Positions 12,462-24,076 of a stretch of 64,000 nucleotides of DNA are shown here, in pieces (position 1 is the first letter of the stretch; each line of letters starts with the position of its first letter). The translations under genes were made by a program, and so were the position numbers. The stretch is from Mobula hypostoma (lineage: Eukaryota): the NCBI RefSeq assembly GCF_963921235.1, contig NC_086097.1:157854001-157918000 (forward strand), given 5' to 3'. A model generated the notes under the pieces. The model had not been told where the DNA came from. It worked only from the letters and a program-made list of their open reading frames with translations, and did not search any database.

Positions 12462-12889
12462 TTAAAAGATTCAAGAGAGGAGCTGCACAAAGACCTCAGC
12501 ATAATAGCTGCCTAATTCATTCTTGCTTAATTTGATCTGTTATACTAGTCCTGCTTTTCTATTCTCTGCATGGAATTGCACCTCACTGTACCTTGCATAT
12601 AAAACTTTTGTCAGTAAGAGATTCTTGGCATTGCAGAAGGCTTAGAACCTGAGGTTACATCATTCAGAAATAATGATACATAGCATGTGAGTTCAGAGTA
12701 GATCATAATCTTTGACATTTTATATCAGTGCTAATGGAAATGTTTTATCTTAACTGAAGTTTCATATTCATTGTGTTGATTGATTGATCCTAAATTGTGT
12801 TACAGTACATTACTCGGCTAGTCATATAAGTGAAGACATCAATTCAGCTATTTAATATTAAAACAGGGCAGTTCTGGATTAAAATAAAG

Positions 12890-13912
12890 GGTAGCCTTGC
12901 TATGCCTGCCTTTTTGATGGCGATGTGGAACAGTTCATTTTCCAAGCCTTCTCCGGTAACACTCCCCAGCCTTTTCTGTACTACATTGATGACTGCATTG
13001 GTGCTGCTTCATGCATCCATGCTGATTTCCTCAATATCACCAACTTTGCCTCCAACTTCCTCCCTACCCCTAAATTCACTTGGTCCATTTCAGGCACCTC
13101 TCTCCCCTTTCTCGATCTCTCTGTCTTCATCTCTGGAGACAAACTGTCTACCGATATCATTTATAAACCTACTGATTCCCACACTTATCTTGACTATATC
13201 TCTTCCCACTCTGACTTCTGTAAAAATGTTCTTCCCTTTTCTCAGTTCCTTTGTTTTCATCTGTTTGCTGGAGGAGCTTTTCCTTTCCAGTTCTTCAGTA
13301 AACAGGATTTCCCTTCCTCCACCATTGATACTGCCCTCACCTACATCTCCTTCATCCATGCTCACCCCATCTTCCCGCCTCCTTAACAGGGAGAGAGTTT
13401 CCCTTGTCCTCACCTACCACCTCACGAGCCTTTGCATCCAGCTCATGAGTTTCTACAACTTCCTCCATCTTCAACAGGATCCTACACCAAACACCCACAT
13501 CTTTACCTCCCCCACTCTCCGCTTTCCAAAGGATTTCTCCCTCTGTGATTCTTCATTTTCTATTTCCCTGCTCTGCCCTCTTATCTCTTCTCCTCACCCA
13601 CCTATCACCTCTTCCTGGTGCCCTTCCTTCTTCCCGTTCTCCCATAGTTCATTGTCCTCTCCTATCAGATTCCTTCTTCTCTAGCCCTTTACCTTTCCCA
13701 CTCAACATGCTTTACCTATCACCTTCTAGCAAATCCTCCTTCCCCCTCCCCACATCTTTTTATTCCCCCTTCCCTTCCAGTCCTGATAAAGAGTCTTAGC
13801 CTGAAATGTTGATGTTTATTTATTTCCATAGTTGCTGCCTGACCTGCTGAGTTTCTGCAGCATTTTGTGTGTGTTGCTCTGGATTTTCAGCATGTGAAGA
13901 ATCCCTTGCTTT
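12890..13912 (+). mobile_element. Penelope-like element remnant (RT fragment plus 3' pLTR), internally deleted
   Basis: ORF 12925-13386: YYIDDCIG, SLPFLDLSV, TDIIYKPTDSHTYLDYISSH are PLE RT/thumb motifs; ends with cagtcctgataaagagtcttagcctgaaatgttga and the pLTR tail. Confidence 0.85.
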
Positions 13913-14974
13913 TAAGATCACTATCTTGAAATGTTCTCTTCTCTCCATTGAAGATTGTTTATTATCATTTATCTTATTAGCTTGAGAGAAAATATGATTG
14001 GCAAGCAGAAATATCTTTGAGAAGCTAGTGATGATGTAATTTTAGAAGTTAAAATTTGGTATGCTAGGAAATCTCCCAGAAATATGAACTATATTAAAAT
14101 AAAAATTGAATATATGCTAAATCTTGCACTTGGGAGCATACAGGAAGCTTCTTGGATTGAGTTATAGAACACGCAGATCAGATATTCTGATCTTCTGAGT
14201 AATAGGTACATGAATTAAGGAAAAATTCCTGATCAAATCTGTGTTGACATTTACACCACAATATTAAGTATAACAGGAAATGTTATCCATCCTACTTATT
14301 CACTGCTGTAGTTCTGTTCAACCTTCGGGGGTTGAAATGTGTTCTTGGTTGTTGGCTCCAGACAACTGCTTTCATATTGGCTGTCTATTGTTCTTATTTC
14401 CAAAACCTGAGGTCAGTGGAGCGCCTGGACCATTCACACTGGAAACATATTCATGAGATAGTGTTAGAAATTAAAAACTCTACCATAACTAGGTTCAACT
14501 CCAATGTAAATATTGCCAGTATTAACAGGACTAGTGCCTTGGTTTCCAGTGCGATATTATCCTGGGGACCCACTAATAGTTAAACTGGTAATAAAGTAAA
14601 AAGTAGCACGATAGACAACACCTTGGACGACTTTGTAATTTATTGTGACAATTGAAGGGCAATTTACGGTTTGCAAGGTTTGATTGTCTATTTCGGACAC
14701 ATTGGAAGCTGGCAACTGAACCCACCTGACAAGTAACTATGACATATATGCTGTCAGTAATTAAAACAGGGATAGGTGACCAGTCAGGAGAATAATCAAG
14801 GATTAATTATGTGGAAGATTTTGTGCCCTAACCAGTGCACAATGAAAAAAAAACAGCAGAAGGTATGAATATCCATATGCAGGTAGCTGATGGGAAAGTC
14901 AAACTTAAGACATTAAATAAGTTCAATCTGATTATCTGTGGAATGATGCAAAATTATGTAGTAGTTGAGTACGC

Positions 14975-15953
14975 AAACACGAGGGATTCTGCAGATGCTG
15001 GAAATTCAAGCAACAGACATCAAAGCTGCTGGTGAACGCAGCAGGCCAGGCAGCATCTCTAGGAAGAGGTACAGTCAACGTTTCGGGCTGAGACCCTTCG
15101 TCAGGACTAACTGAAGGAAGAGCTAGTAAGAGATTTGAAAGTGGGAGGGGGAGGGGGAGGGGGAGGGGGAGATCCAAAATAATAGGAGAAGACAGGAGGG
15201 GGAGGGATGGAGCCAAGAGCTGGACAGGTGATTGGCAAAAGGGATATGAGAGGATCATGGGACAGGAGGCCCAGGAGAAGGAAAAGGGGGAGGGCGGAAA
15301 AAACCCAGAGGATGGGCAAGGGGTATAGTCAGAGGGACAGAGGGAGAAAAAGGGGAGAGAGAGAAAGAATGTGCGTATATAAATAAATAACGGATGGGGT
15401 ACAAGGGGGAGGTGGGGCATTAGCGGAAGTTAGAGAAGTCAGTGTTCATGCCATCAGGTTGGAGGCTACACAGACAGAATATAAGGTGTTGCTCCTCCAA
15501 CCTGAGTGTGGCTTCATCTTTACAGTAGAGGGGGCCGTGGATAGACATATCAGAATGGGAATGGGATGTGGAATTAAAATGTGTGGCCACTGGGAGATCC
15601 TGCTTTCTCTAGCGGACAGAGCGTAGGTGTTCAGCAAAGCGGCCTCTCAGTCTGCGTCAGGTCTTGCCAATATATAGAAGGCCACATCGGGAGCACCAGA
15701 CGCAGTATATCACCCCAGCCGTCTCACAGGTGAAGTGTCACCTCACCTAGAAGGACTATCTGGGGCCCTGAATGGTGGTAAGGGAGGAAGTGTAGGGGCA
15801 TGTGTAGCACTTGTTCCACTTACAAGGCTAAGTGCCAGGAGGGAGATCAGTGGGGAGGGATGGGGGTAACGAATGGACAAGGGAGTCGCGTAGGGAGCGA
15901 TCCCTGCTGAAAGCGGGGGAGGGAAAGATGTGCTTAGTGGTGGGATCCCGTTT
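14975..15953 (-). mobile_element. Penelope-like element 3' part: GIY-YIG endonuclease remnant plus pLTR
   Basis: Minus-strand translation of ~15720-15421 gives GVIYCVWCSRCGLLYIGKT*RRLRGRFAEHLRS...PVATHFNSTSH...RLEEQHLIF...QPDGMN, a PLE GIY-YIG domain with stops. Confidence 0.9.
15073..15108 (-). ncRNA. Minimal type I hammerhead ribozyme motif (Penelope-type)
   Basis: Minus strand: AGTC-CTGACGA-A-GGG-tctcag-CCC-GAAA-CGTT-GACT. Stem I AGTC/GACT, conserved core, stem II GGG/CCC, palindromic stem III AACGTT, GUU cleavage triplet. Confidence 0.7.
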
Positions 15954-17354
15954 CCCTTGTCTCAAATGCTCAGTAGTGCTCTGCCCTCCAAGCATATAGC
16001 ACACCTATAAGTTCACACAACAATTTCTAGGCCTCCATCTCAGTTTACTTTGAAATGATCACTATTTGACCTTCTCCCTCGTTATGACTACCTGATGATC
16101 ATCCCTCATGTTGCACCTTTTTTTAGATTATTTCAAAATGGCTTCAACCATATTACTTGGTATTCTATCAATAGTATTTATCTTAGTTCATTACAAAACA
16201 CAAGCCCCACACTCTTCCATACACACAATTATTCACTGAATTACCTCACATATTAATTACTCTCTTAATTACTCTGTTGAAGATCAGTGCTAAAGGACAA
16301 ATTTGGGTTACACCCTCTCGTTGACGTAATTATGAATTCATCCCTGGATTCTCTGTCATTATCCTTTGTCTTAATGATTGTCGCTGCATCATTACATCCT
16401 CCCTCTTAGCTCATTACCAAATGAACACCCCATCATTAGCCATTGTGTTAATTCATTATTAATGTTCACTTCCAATTACACATTGAGTTTTACCTCATTC
16501 ATTAATGTAATTTTCATAATGTTCCCTCAGTGGATTTGAGATTCTTCATTCATTTCTTAGTTCATTGTGAACTTTGGAACTGCATCCAGACAGGAAGCTC
16601 TAAACAAATTTTTAAAAATAACAAAAAATACCTGGCTTGGCTCATTAAGGATAAGTTAATAAAATCAAAGTTGATAGCAATAATAACAGATAAAGAACAT
16701 TTGTTTTCTGTTGCATCTGAAAATCTGGCTATAATTTTAAAGAAACCTCCGAGGATGTGTATTTGCTGGACACATGGCTCTCTAAATTTTGGGACCATGG
16801 CCAATTTCATAGCTGGAAAGTACACGAATGAACAGATTTTTATGCAAATAAACGCAGTAAGAATATTTTGAGCTTATTGTGGTTACAGGCATCACTCACT
16901 AAAAAATATAGCCCTCTGAATAAGCTCATTTTGAAATGAACCCCAATTATGGCCTTCTCTTTGTTTGACTTCCTATAAATTGTTTTTGTTGCTTTTCATC
17001 AGGAAAAAATTGCAGCCTCCCCAATGTCCCCCATTAGAGCTTCATGATTTTTTTTCCAAATCCTTCCTCCAATATGCATTTTCTCATTTGAGGCAACATT
17101 GGAAGTCCAGACATTGGCTATTTAATGCCCTAAATTCTCTCTCTCTCTACATTTATCCCCACTTTTAATGTCCTCCTCAAAGATTTTATTCAAACCAGAT
17201 CCTCAGTGACTTCTCTTACACCTTCTACTGCTCAGTCACTTGGTTTTCTTTGTAAAGCACCACCTTGGACATTGAAGGGACATAACAAATGTACACCACA
17301 GCTCTTTCATTGGTACTTGTCCTTTTCTGAGAAACAGACCAGGGTGAAAATATT

Positions 17355-17567
17355 CATAAAAGTTGCTGGTGAATGCAGCAGACCAGGCAGCACCTCTAGG
17401 AAGTGGTACAGTCGACGTTTCGGGCCGAGACCCTTCAGGACGAAGGGTCTTGGCCCGAAACATCGACTGTACCTCTTCCTAGAGATGCTGCCTGGCCTGC
17501 TGCGTTCACCAGCAACTTTGATGTGTGTTGCTTGAAATTCCTGCGTCTGCAGATTTCCTCATGTTAT
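17355..17567. mobile_element. Palindromic Penelope pLTR mini-element with 12-bp TSD
   Basis: 82-bp inverted arms 17355-17436 and 17442-17523; TSD ggtgaaaatatt at 17343-17354 and 17568-17579. Confidence 0.88.
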
Positions 17568-18269
17568 GGTGAAAATATTTAAAGATTTTTTTTGTGATAA
17601 TTATGAAGAAATGTTAAATAAGCAACATCAATGTTCGATATGTTTGAGATATGTTATGATGCAAAGATTGTGGTGGGCAAAGAGCATGTGATATGTAGCT
17701 GAGATTGAAGGCAGAGATCCTGGCTACGAAAGGGCTATATGGTAAATCAAGACTTAAATAGTAAAATTAACTTTGAAAAAGGAAACAATGGGCATTGACA
17801 AAAGTTAATGGAATATTTTAGTGATCAGAAAATGAAGGGGCTAGTTTATAGAGAGCACAATGGTGACATCTTGTGGTGTGTATGTCCAAGCCAGATATGG
17901 TAATTAACTGAATGTATAACATATTTGAAGCAATGGTAAATCAAGAAAACTTCATGGGACAGGCAGGAATAATTACACATAAAATTGTATCAGCTATTTA
18001 CAGAATTTGTTTTATAATTGAGGTTCTAACCAAAAATCTGGATCTATGAAGAAACTCAATGTCAGAGGATAGTAACAAAGATACTAGAAAATTATCAATG
18101 TATTTTAATGTAGATTGGAATCTGTGGAAAACTAGCAGCAAAAAAGTCACTACATGAACAAATTTATAAAGAAATAGGACTTTTTCCAGTTAAAGATATA
18201 CCAACCCAAGAGGTTCAAGTAGAAAGAGAAATACTAAGAAAACTAGAAAACATTGAGACAATGAAAGAA

Positions 18270-19185
18270 TGGTAAGGTAAAATGAACCATGGGGTACAAA
18301 CGATGTAGAAAATCTAGTTAAGAAAAGAAAAGCTTACGAAAGGTTTAGGAAACTAGGTACTGTTGAAAAAAAAACGCAGGTTGACAGTGTTGTTAAGAAG
18401 GCACATGGTATCTTGGCCTTCATCAACTGTGGAATTGAGTTCAAGAGTCGTGAGGTAATGTTACAGCTATATAAGACCTTAGTTAGACCCCACTTGGAAT
18501 ACTGTGTTCAGTTCTCGTCACCTCCCTATAGGAAGGATGTGGATATTATAGAGAGAATGCAAAGGAGATTTATAAGGATATTCCTGACGAAGGGTCTCGG
18601 CCTGAAACGTCGACTGCGCCTCTTCCTATAGATGCTGCTTGGCCTGCTGCGTTCACCAGCAACTTTGATGTATGTTGCTTGAATTTCCAGCATCTGCAGA
18701 ATTCCTGTTGTTTTTTTTATAAGGATATTGCATAGATTGGAGAGCATACCTTATGAGAAAAGATGAGTGAATTTGGCCTTTTCTCCTTGGAGCAACAGAG
18801 GATGAGAAGTGACCTGATAGAGGTGTACAAGATGATGAGAGGCACTGATCGTATGGATAGTCAGAGGCTTTTTCCCCAGGGCTGTAATGGCTAACATGAG
18901 GGAGCATAGTTTTAAAGTGCTTAGGAGTAAGTATAAGGGGGATGTCAGAGGTAAGTTTTTCCAGTGGTGGGTGTGCAGAATGCACTGCCAGTGACGGTGG
19001 GAGAGGTGGCTACAATAGGGTCTTTTACGAGACTCTTAAATAGGTACATAGAGCTTAGAAAAATAGAGGGCTATATGGTAGGAAAATTCTAGGCAGTTTC
19101 TAGAGTAGATTACATGGTCAGCAGAACATTGTGGGCCGAAGGGCCTGAAATGTGCTGTAGATTTCTATGTTCTATATGTTCAATG
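18270..19185 (+). mobile_element. CR1 LINE fragment, internally deleted, interrupted at 18583-18715
   Basis: LAFINCGIEFKSREVMLQLYKTLVRPHLEYCVQFSSP; collinear with 48410-48510 and then 49770-50425; tail tttctatgttctat. Confidence 0.85.
18583..18715 (+). mobile_element. Hammerhead-bearing Penelope pLTR mini-element with 14-bp TSD
   Basis: Starts cCTGACGAagggtctcggcctGAAACGTCgact; perfect TSD tttataaggatatt at 18569-18582 and 18716-18729. Confidence 0.9.
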
Positions 19186-19883
19186 TAACACTGGTAGAAA
19201 TAAAATTGAAATTGCAAATAAAAAAAAAATCAAAGACTTCACTGATAGTTCTTTTCTTCCTCCTGTTAGCTGATGACTTGCTTGCTGAATGATCTCGTAT
19301 TTGGATAAAGACTTCTTTCAGAGTTCTAATGAAGCGCATCCAATTTGAAAACCTTCAGAACAGTAGCACCTCTAATCATTCAATTAGAACATCTCAAAGA
19401 AAATACTCAACAAAATGTGATGCTTTCCTCCCAACTGATTAAACATCAAATGCTTAGCTGCTACCTTTGGATAAAATTGAATAGTCTGACTCTAGTAGCT
19501 GTGGCTGACAATAAGCCCCAATAATTGGGAAATTTCATGCTTGATTACACCTTTATATTTAATGATTGGACATGGATCAAGAATTGCATGGAAAGGGAAA
19601 TAATAAGAATTAATGAGATGAATTAAAATTGAATACATGAGTTGGTGTTAAAAAAAAATCCTTTAAATTGGATACTAATGAGTGGCGAATGGAAAAATGA
19701 TGTTCTTAATTTCCCATTCAGGATCGATTTCTGATTTGAGTTGAGTTATTATTGAGTTTCCCTGAGTAGAAGCTAGTCAGTTTCTAGGATAGGTGGTGGA
19801 AAACCAGATCAATTGTCTGTTGTGGTCCATGGAAAGTTCCCAAAGGAAAAACATGGGAATAACTTAAATTGGATTGGTACGTA

Positions 19884-19975
19884 CAAAGTTCAAAGTAAAT
19901 TAATAATCAAAGTACATATATATCACCTTATGCTACCCTGAGATTCCTTTTCTTGTGGACATTCACAAAATACAA
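19884..19975 (-). mobile_element. Rex1-type LINE 3' tail fragment
   Basis: caaagttcaaagtaaattaataatcaaagtacatat...ccctgagattcc is the reverse complement of the tails at 32640-32712 and 56600-56665. Confidence 0.65.
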
Positions 19976-20111
19976 TGAAGCACATTAGATTCACAGCTGT
20001 GTGTATTAAATCAATGTTTAGCTGCTGCCAATTACACCAAAACATTAAGTTGACAAATGATTTTGGTTGCTCAACAAGAAGCACAGTTTGTTTTGTATTA
20101 ATGAGTCAAAA

Positions 20112-20195
20112 GTCATGAACAGAGTCAAGAGACCCAACAAATTATTAACAAATGTCATGAACAGGGTCAAGGGACCCAACAGTTTAATAAAAATT
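20112..20195. repeat. 42-bp tandem duplication
   Basis: gtcatgaacagagtcaagagacccaaca at 20112 and gtcatgaacagggtcaagggacccaaca at 20154. Confidence 0.8.
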
Positions 20196-20879
20196 TGGAA
20201 AGGGACAACCAGACCCCATTGTGTAGCCACTGTAAAGCAGGGTACATTCAAAAAGTGTAACAAAATTAAACATGGACAACAACAAACTAATTAACCTCAA
20301 TACTACTTCAAGTCAAGAAGTGTGATCCATTTTGAGGAATAAACTTGGTTAGTTATACAATAAACTAATTAATAGCAAAGAGCATGAATGCACCTTGCCT
20401 TGCCAATTTCTTTTGATTTTTCCAAAGAAACGTCAGACATAAGTGAACCAACGGAAAGACCCATATCTGGCCCCTCTTACACTCACAATAAGCTTTTGAC
20501 AACATTCCACATTAAAGGCTATAAGCGAAACAAATAAAATTTGAAAATTAAAATAAATCCAGTTGAAATGTAGAAAACAGTAAACTGTCATCAAAGGGGT
20601 CATGTCATTACGTAAGGAACTGTTGAGAAGAATACCTCAGGGTTTATACAGGAACTACAGTTATTTTGAATTTGTTTGGCCTTTCAACAAACAGTTTTAG
20701 GATTATTCATTCATGGACCATGGTCTGATATGGTCATTGTTAAAATCATGCCTTTCACAAATTCAAAATACCCCAAAACAGTTCACATTCAGTGAAAAGG
20801 GAAAGGGAATAATGTGGAATAAGGAATTAGCTATGAATTTAAACAACTACATTGACTTTTGACCTCAAAGAAGATGACA

Positions 20880-21745
20880 GAGAAATTCTGCTAGAAATAC
20901 TAGAAAATAAAGAGTCTAGCCAACAGTAAGGACGTAAGTACCAGCAACAGAAAATTACAAGAAAAATTGGTGAGGCATGAGGCTAATAAATCCAAGAGGC
21001 CCAAAGTTCTATATCCCTTATCTCTACATTAGATTGTTGAAAGAGATTGCTCTGGAGATGGGAATGTTCTGATTATCATCTTCTATATTTCTATAGATCT
21101 GGGAATGTTTCTGTGGATTGTGGGTAAGAAATATGAGACCATAATTACTGCTTCCATTATTTAAAAAGGAGGGAAGAGAAAACAGGGAAGACAAAAGAGA
21201 CTGCAGATGTTGGAAACTTACAATGCTTAACTGTAATGATAGAGGGCCTTGGTGAGACTGTACCTAGAATATTGTGTGTAATTATGGTCACCTTATGATT
21301 TGTTTTCCCTAGGAAACAAAATTTCACTAGATTCTGGCTGCACTTTGAGGAGAGAGTGAATAGACTAAGCCTATACTGTCCTGAACTTAGAAGAGAGGAG
21401 ATCTCATTAAAACTTACAAAATCTTCAAGAACTGCAGGGTGGATTTTTATCCTGGCTGAGGAACAAAGAACCAAGAACCAATGGTCACTTCCACAGAATA
21501 AGAGGTAGGCCACTTAGGTCTGAGATGAAAAAAAATCTATTCAGAGTAGGTATGAATTGGACTGTGGAGGCTCAGTCACTGAATTCACTCAGAATAGAGG
21601 TTGATAAATTTCCGTGTATTGAGAGAGTCGAAAGATTTGGGGATGTACAAGAAAATGACATTGAGGTAGAATATCAGATGTGTTCTTAGAGAAATGGCAG
21701 AACAGGTCAAATGACTAAGTAGCCTTCATCTACTCCAATTTTGTG
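20880..21745 (+). mobile_element. Old, deleted CR1 LINE
   Basis: ccattatttaaaaaggagggaagagaa (PLFKKGGR), gagatctcattaaaacttacaaaat, ccacttaggtctgagatg. Confidence 0.65.
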
Positions 21746-21879
21746 CACTAAAGATCTATCATAAGAAACATGATAACAAATTTACACAAGGAAGTTCTCA
21801 ATGAGAAAAGAATAATACTGACTAGATTATCTGTATACTTCAGTGAAATTTATGTCAGACAAGATATTGAAAATGATTG

Positions 21880-22035
21880 GAAACAGAGTTTGCAGATGCT
21901 GGAATCTGGAGCAAAAAAAGGCAAATTGCTGGAGTATCTCATTAGGTTGAAGAGCATCATACATCAAAACATCAGTCATCACTTTTCCCACCAAAGCTGT
22001 TCCTCTGTCTGCTGAGGTATCTAGGGAATGTTTCA
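21880..22035. mobile_element. Old Penelope pLTR mini-element, possibly fold-back
   Basis: tgcagatgctggaatctggagcaaaa...tgctggagtatctca followed by an oppositely oriented ctgctgaggtatctagg. Confidence 0.45.
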
Positions 22036-22609
22036 CATCCACTTGAAAAACCAGTTATGGTCTCAGATGGAGGCACATTCAATTCTGTGGCACTCTGTAT
22101 GGGCATGTGCTTAAACCTCTCTGGTGGAAGTTGAACGATAAATCTCTGAGAATGCTATCAAATGAGTCAGTGCTGACACACAATAATTAGACAAACAGTG
22201 AGACCATGAACCTCTTCAATCATAGTGTTGAAACTCAATGCATTGTTTGTACAAATCTGATTTAAGACATGAGCAGATTTATTTATTTTCTACCTGCCAG
22301 CAGCAGCCCAGATAGGCTTTCAGTGAGCACAAAAGAAAAAGCATAAGTAAATCGAGCCTGTGTGCCGCATGAAAATTCAGAAAGAATGCTGTCAAATTGC
22401 TGACCAGGCCTTCCTTTCTCTTGTACCAAGATGACTGTAAGTCAGCACCCTTTTGTGCTCGCATCAAAATTCTCTCCTATCTGCCTGCACTACCTGCTGT
22501 TTGCCAGTACTATCATATTACAGGAAATGGGAGCTGCTTTCTTTCTAGAATTAAATGAACATCTTGTAGATTTACAATGCTGCATCTACGTTGTCTACCC
22601 AGTTCAATC

Positions 22610-22735
22610 CACACACACAGAATGCTGGAGGAACTCAGCAAGTTTGGCAGCATCTATGGAAATAAAGAAACAGTCTATGTTTTGGGCTGAGACCCTTCTT
22701 CAAGACTGGAAAGGAAGGGTAAGAAGCCAGAATCA
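22610..22735 (-). mobile_element. Penelope pLTR fragment
   Basis: cacacacagaatgctggaggaactcagc...tgttttgggctgagacccttcttcaagactgg; hammerhead core mutated (ttgaagaaggg on minus). Confidence 0.7.
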
Positions 22736-24076
22736 ATCTGCAAACAATCCTTCTATTTCAGTTTCTGCAGTAACTTTACTGTAGGTGTTTCCCTCTTGAC
22801 ATCAGAGGCCTGCAGAGCATCTGTAACATATTGATCAATCTTACAGCATTCAATTTGAGATGGCAGCGAGATGCCAAATGGAAGATAGATATTGCTGAAA
22901 GAAAATGATCCCACTTCTCCAATTATTAGTTGTATTCCATTAACTCAATTAAAGTGATCATGCACAAACATCTTCCTTGGTATGAGAAAAAAACACCAGA
23001 GGAAGTGATTGAGGCAGATGCATTAGATAGTGTTAAGTATATGGATGACAAGAGTTTAGAGGGATAAAAGTAATGCTGGGAAATGGAGTTATTCATCTTC
23101 ATCAGCATGGACAATTCTGGCCCAAGTGCCTTTTCCATGCTGTGTAACTCTAACTCTACAAGTAAGAGCAGGGACCCTTAAGCATGTTCCTTTGTTCACT
23201 AGGGTCATATCTACTCCAAATATTCCTCGATTAATCCTGCTCCTGCTTAATCCCATCATTCCTTGATTGCTTTAGGTATTCAGAACTTTCTCATTTGAGT
23301 CTTCAACTTCCTAGCGCTGCTGCAGAGTGAACCACAAAGACTGGTAGTGAGAGATGAACAGGATAATGCAATCAGGAAAATGGAAGAACAGTTTCAAATG
23401 AGCTAGCATCCAAGAATTTTTTTTTTTTAAATGGTAAGCAGTGCAGATGGCAAATGCTATACTAAAGAAAGCATACTGAACAAAAGAAATAGTAAGGGAA
23501 ATTAAACCTGTTTAGATTGAGCAGTATTAGAGTTGTAAATTTGTGTTTATCCTTCATGCCAATTATTAATCTTATTGTCTTCAATGCATGAATCTGGTAT
23601 TTTGTGACTGTTTCCATGCACAATAGAGATAGCAAATATAAACAGAAACAAAACTGAAGTTTCTGATTCGTAAGTCAAATATTCAAATGAGCAAATTTAA
23701 GATGTAAACCAGAGGCAATATTTTTAAGCTTAAGTAAAGTTAATCATAACTAAATGTTTAATCATCTTGGTAAGTTGCCAGTGATATTAATACCAGATAC
23801 ATATTTTCAGTTTGCCAATAGGAGGAGATACTGCTTTTCAGACTGTTGAATTATTTAACTGATATGAATTTAGTTTCTTCTGATGGACATTGAATTTCCA
23901 CAGCTTTTTGTTAAATCACACTGCATTCTGTTTCCCTTGCTACCATTCAAGGACACAAATACTCTTTCAGGTGAATCATTTACCCTTCTTCCAATTCAGC
24001 ATACTGCTTTCAGTGTTCTAATGTGGACTCCCCTCCAATGGAGAGACCCAATGCAGATTTGATCATTGTTTTCTTA

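Noticed and set aside
12830..13684. 284-aa ORF as a host gene
   Set aside because: Ser/Leu/Pro-rich off-frame reading of a pyrimidine-rich Penelope remnant; the real RT motifs are in another frame.
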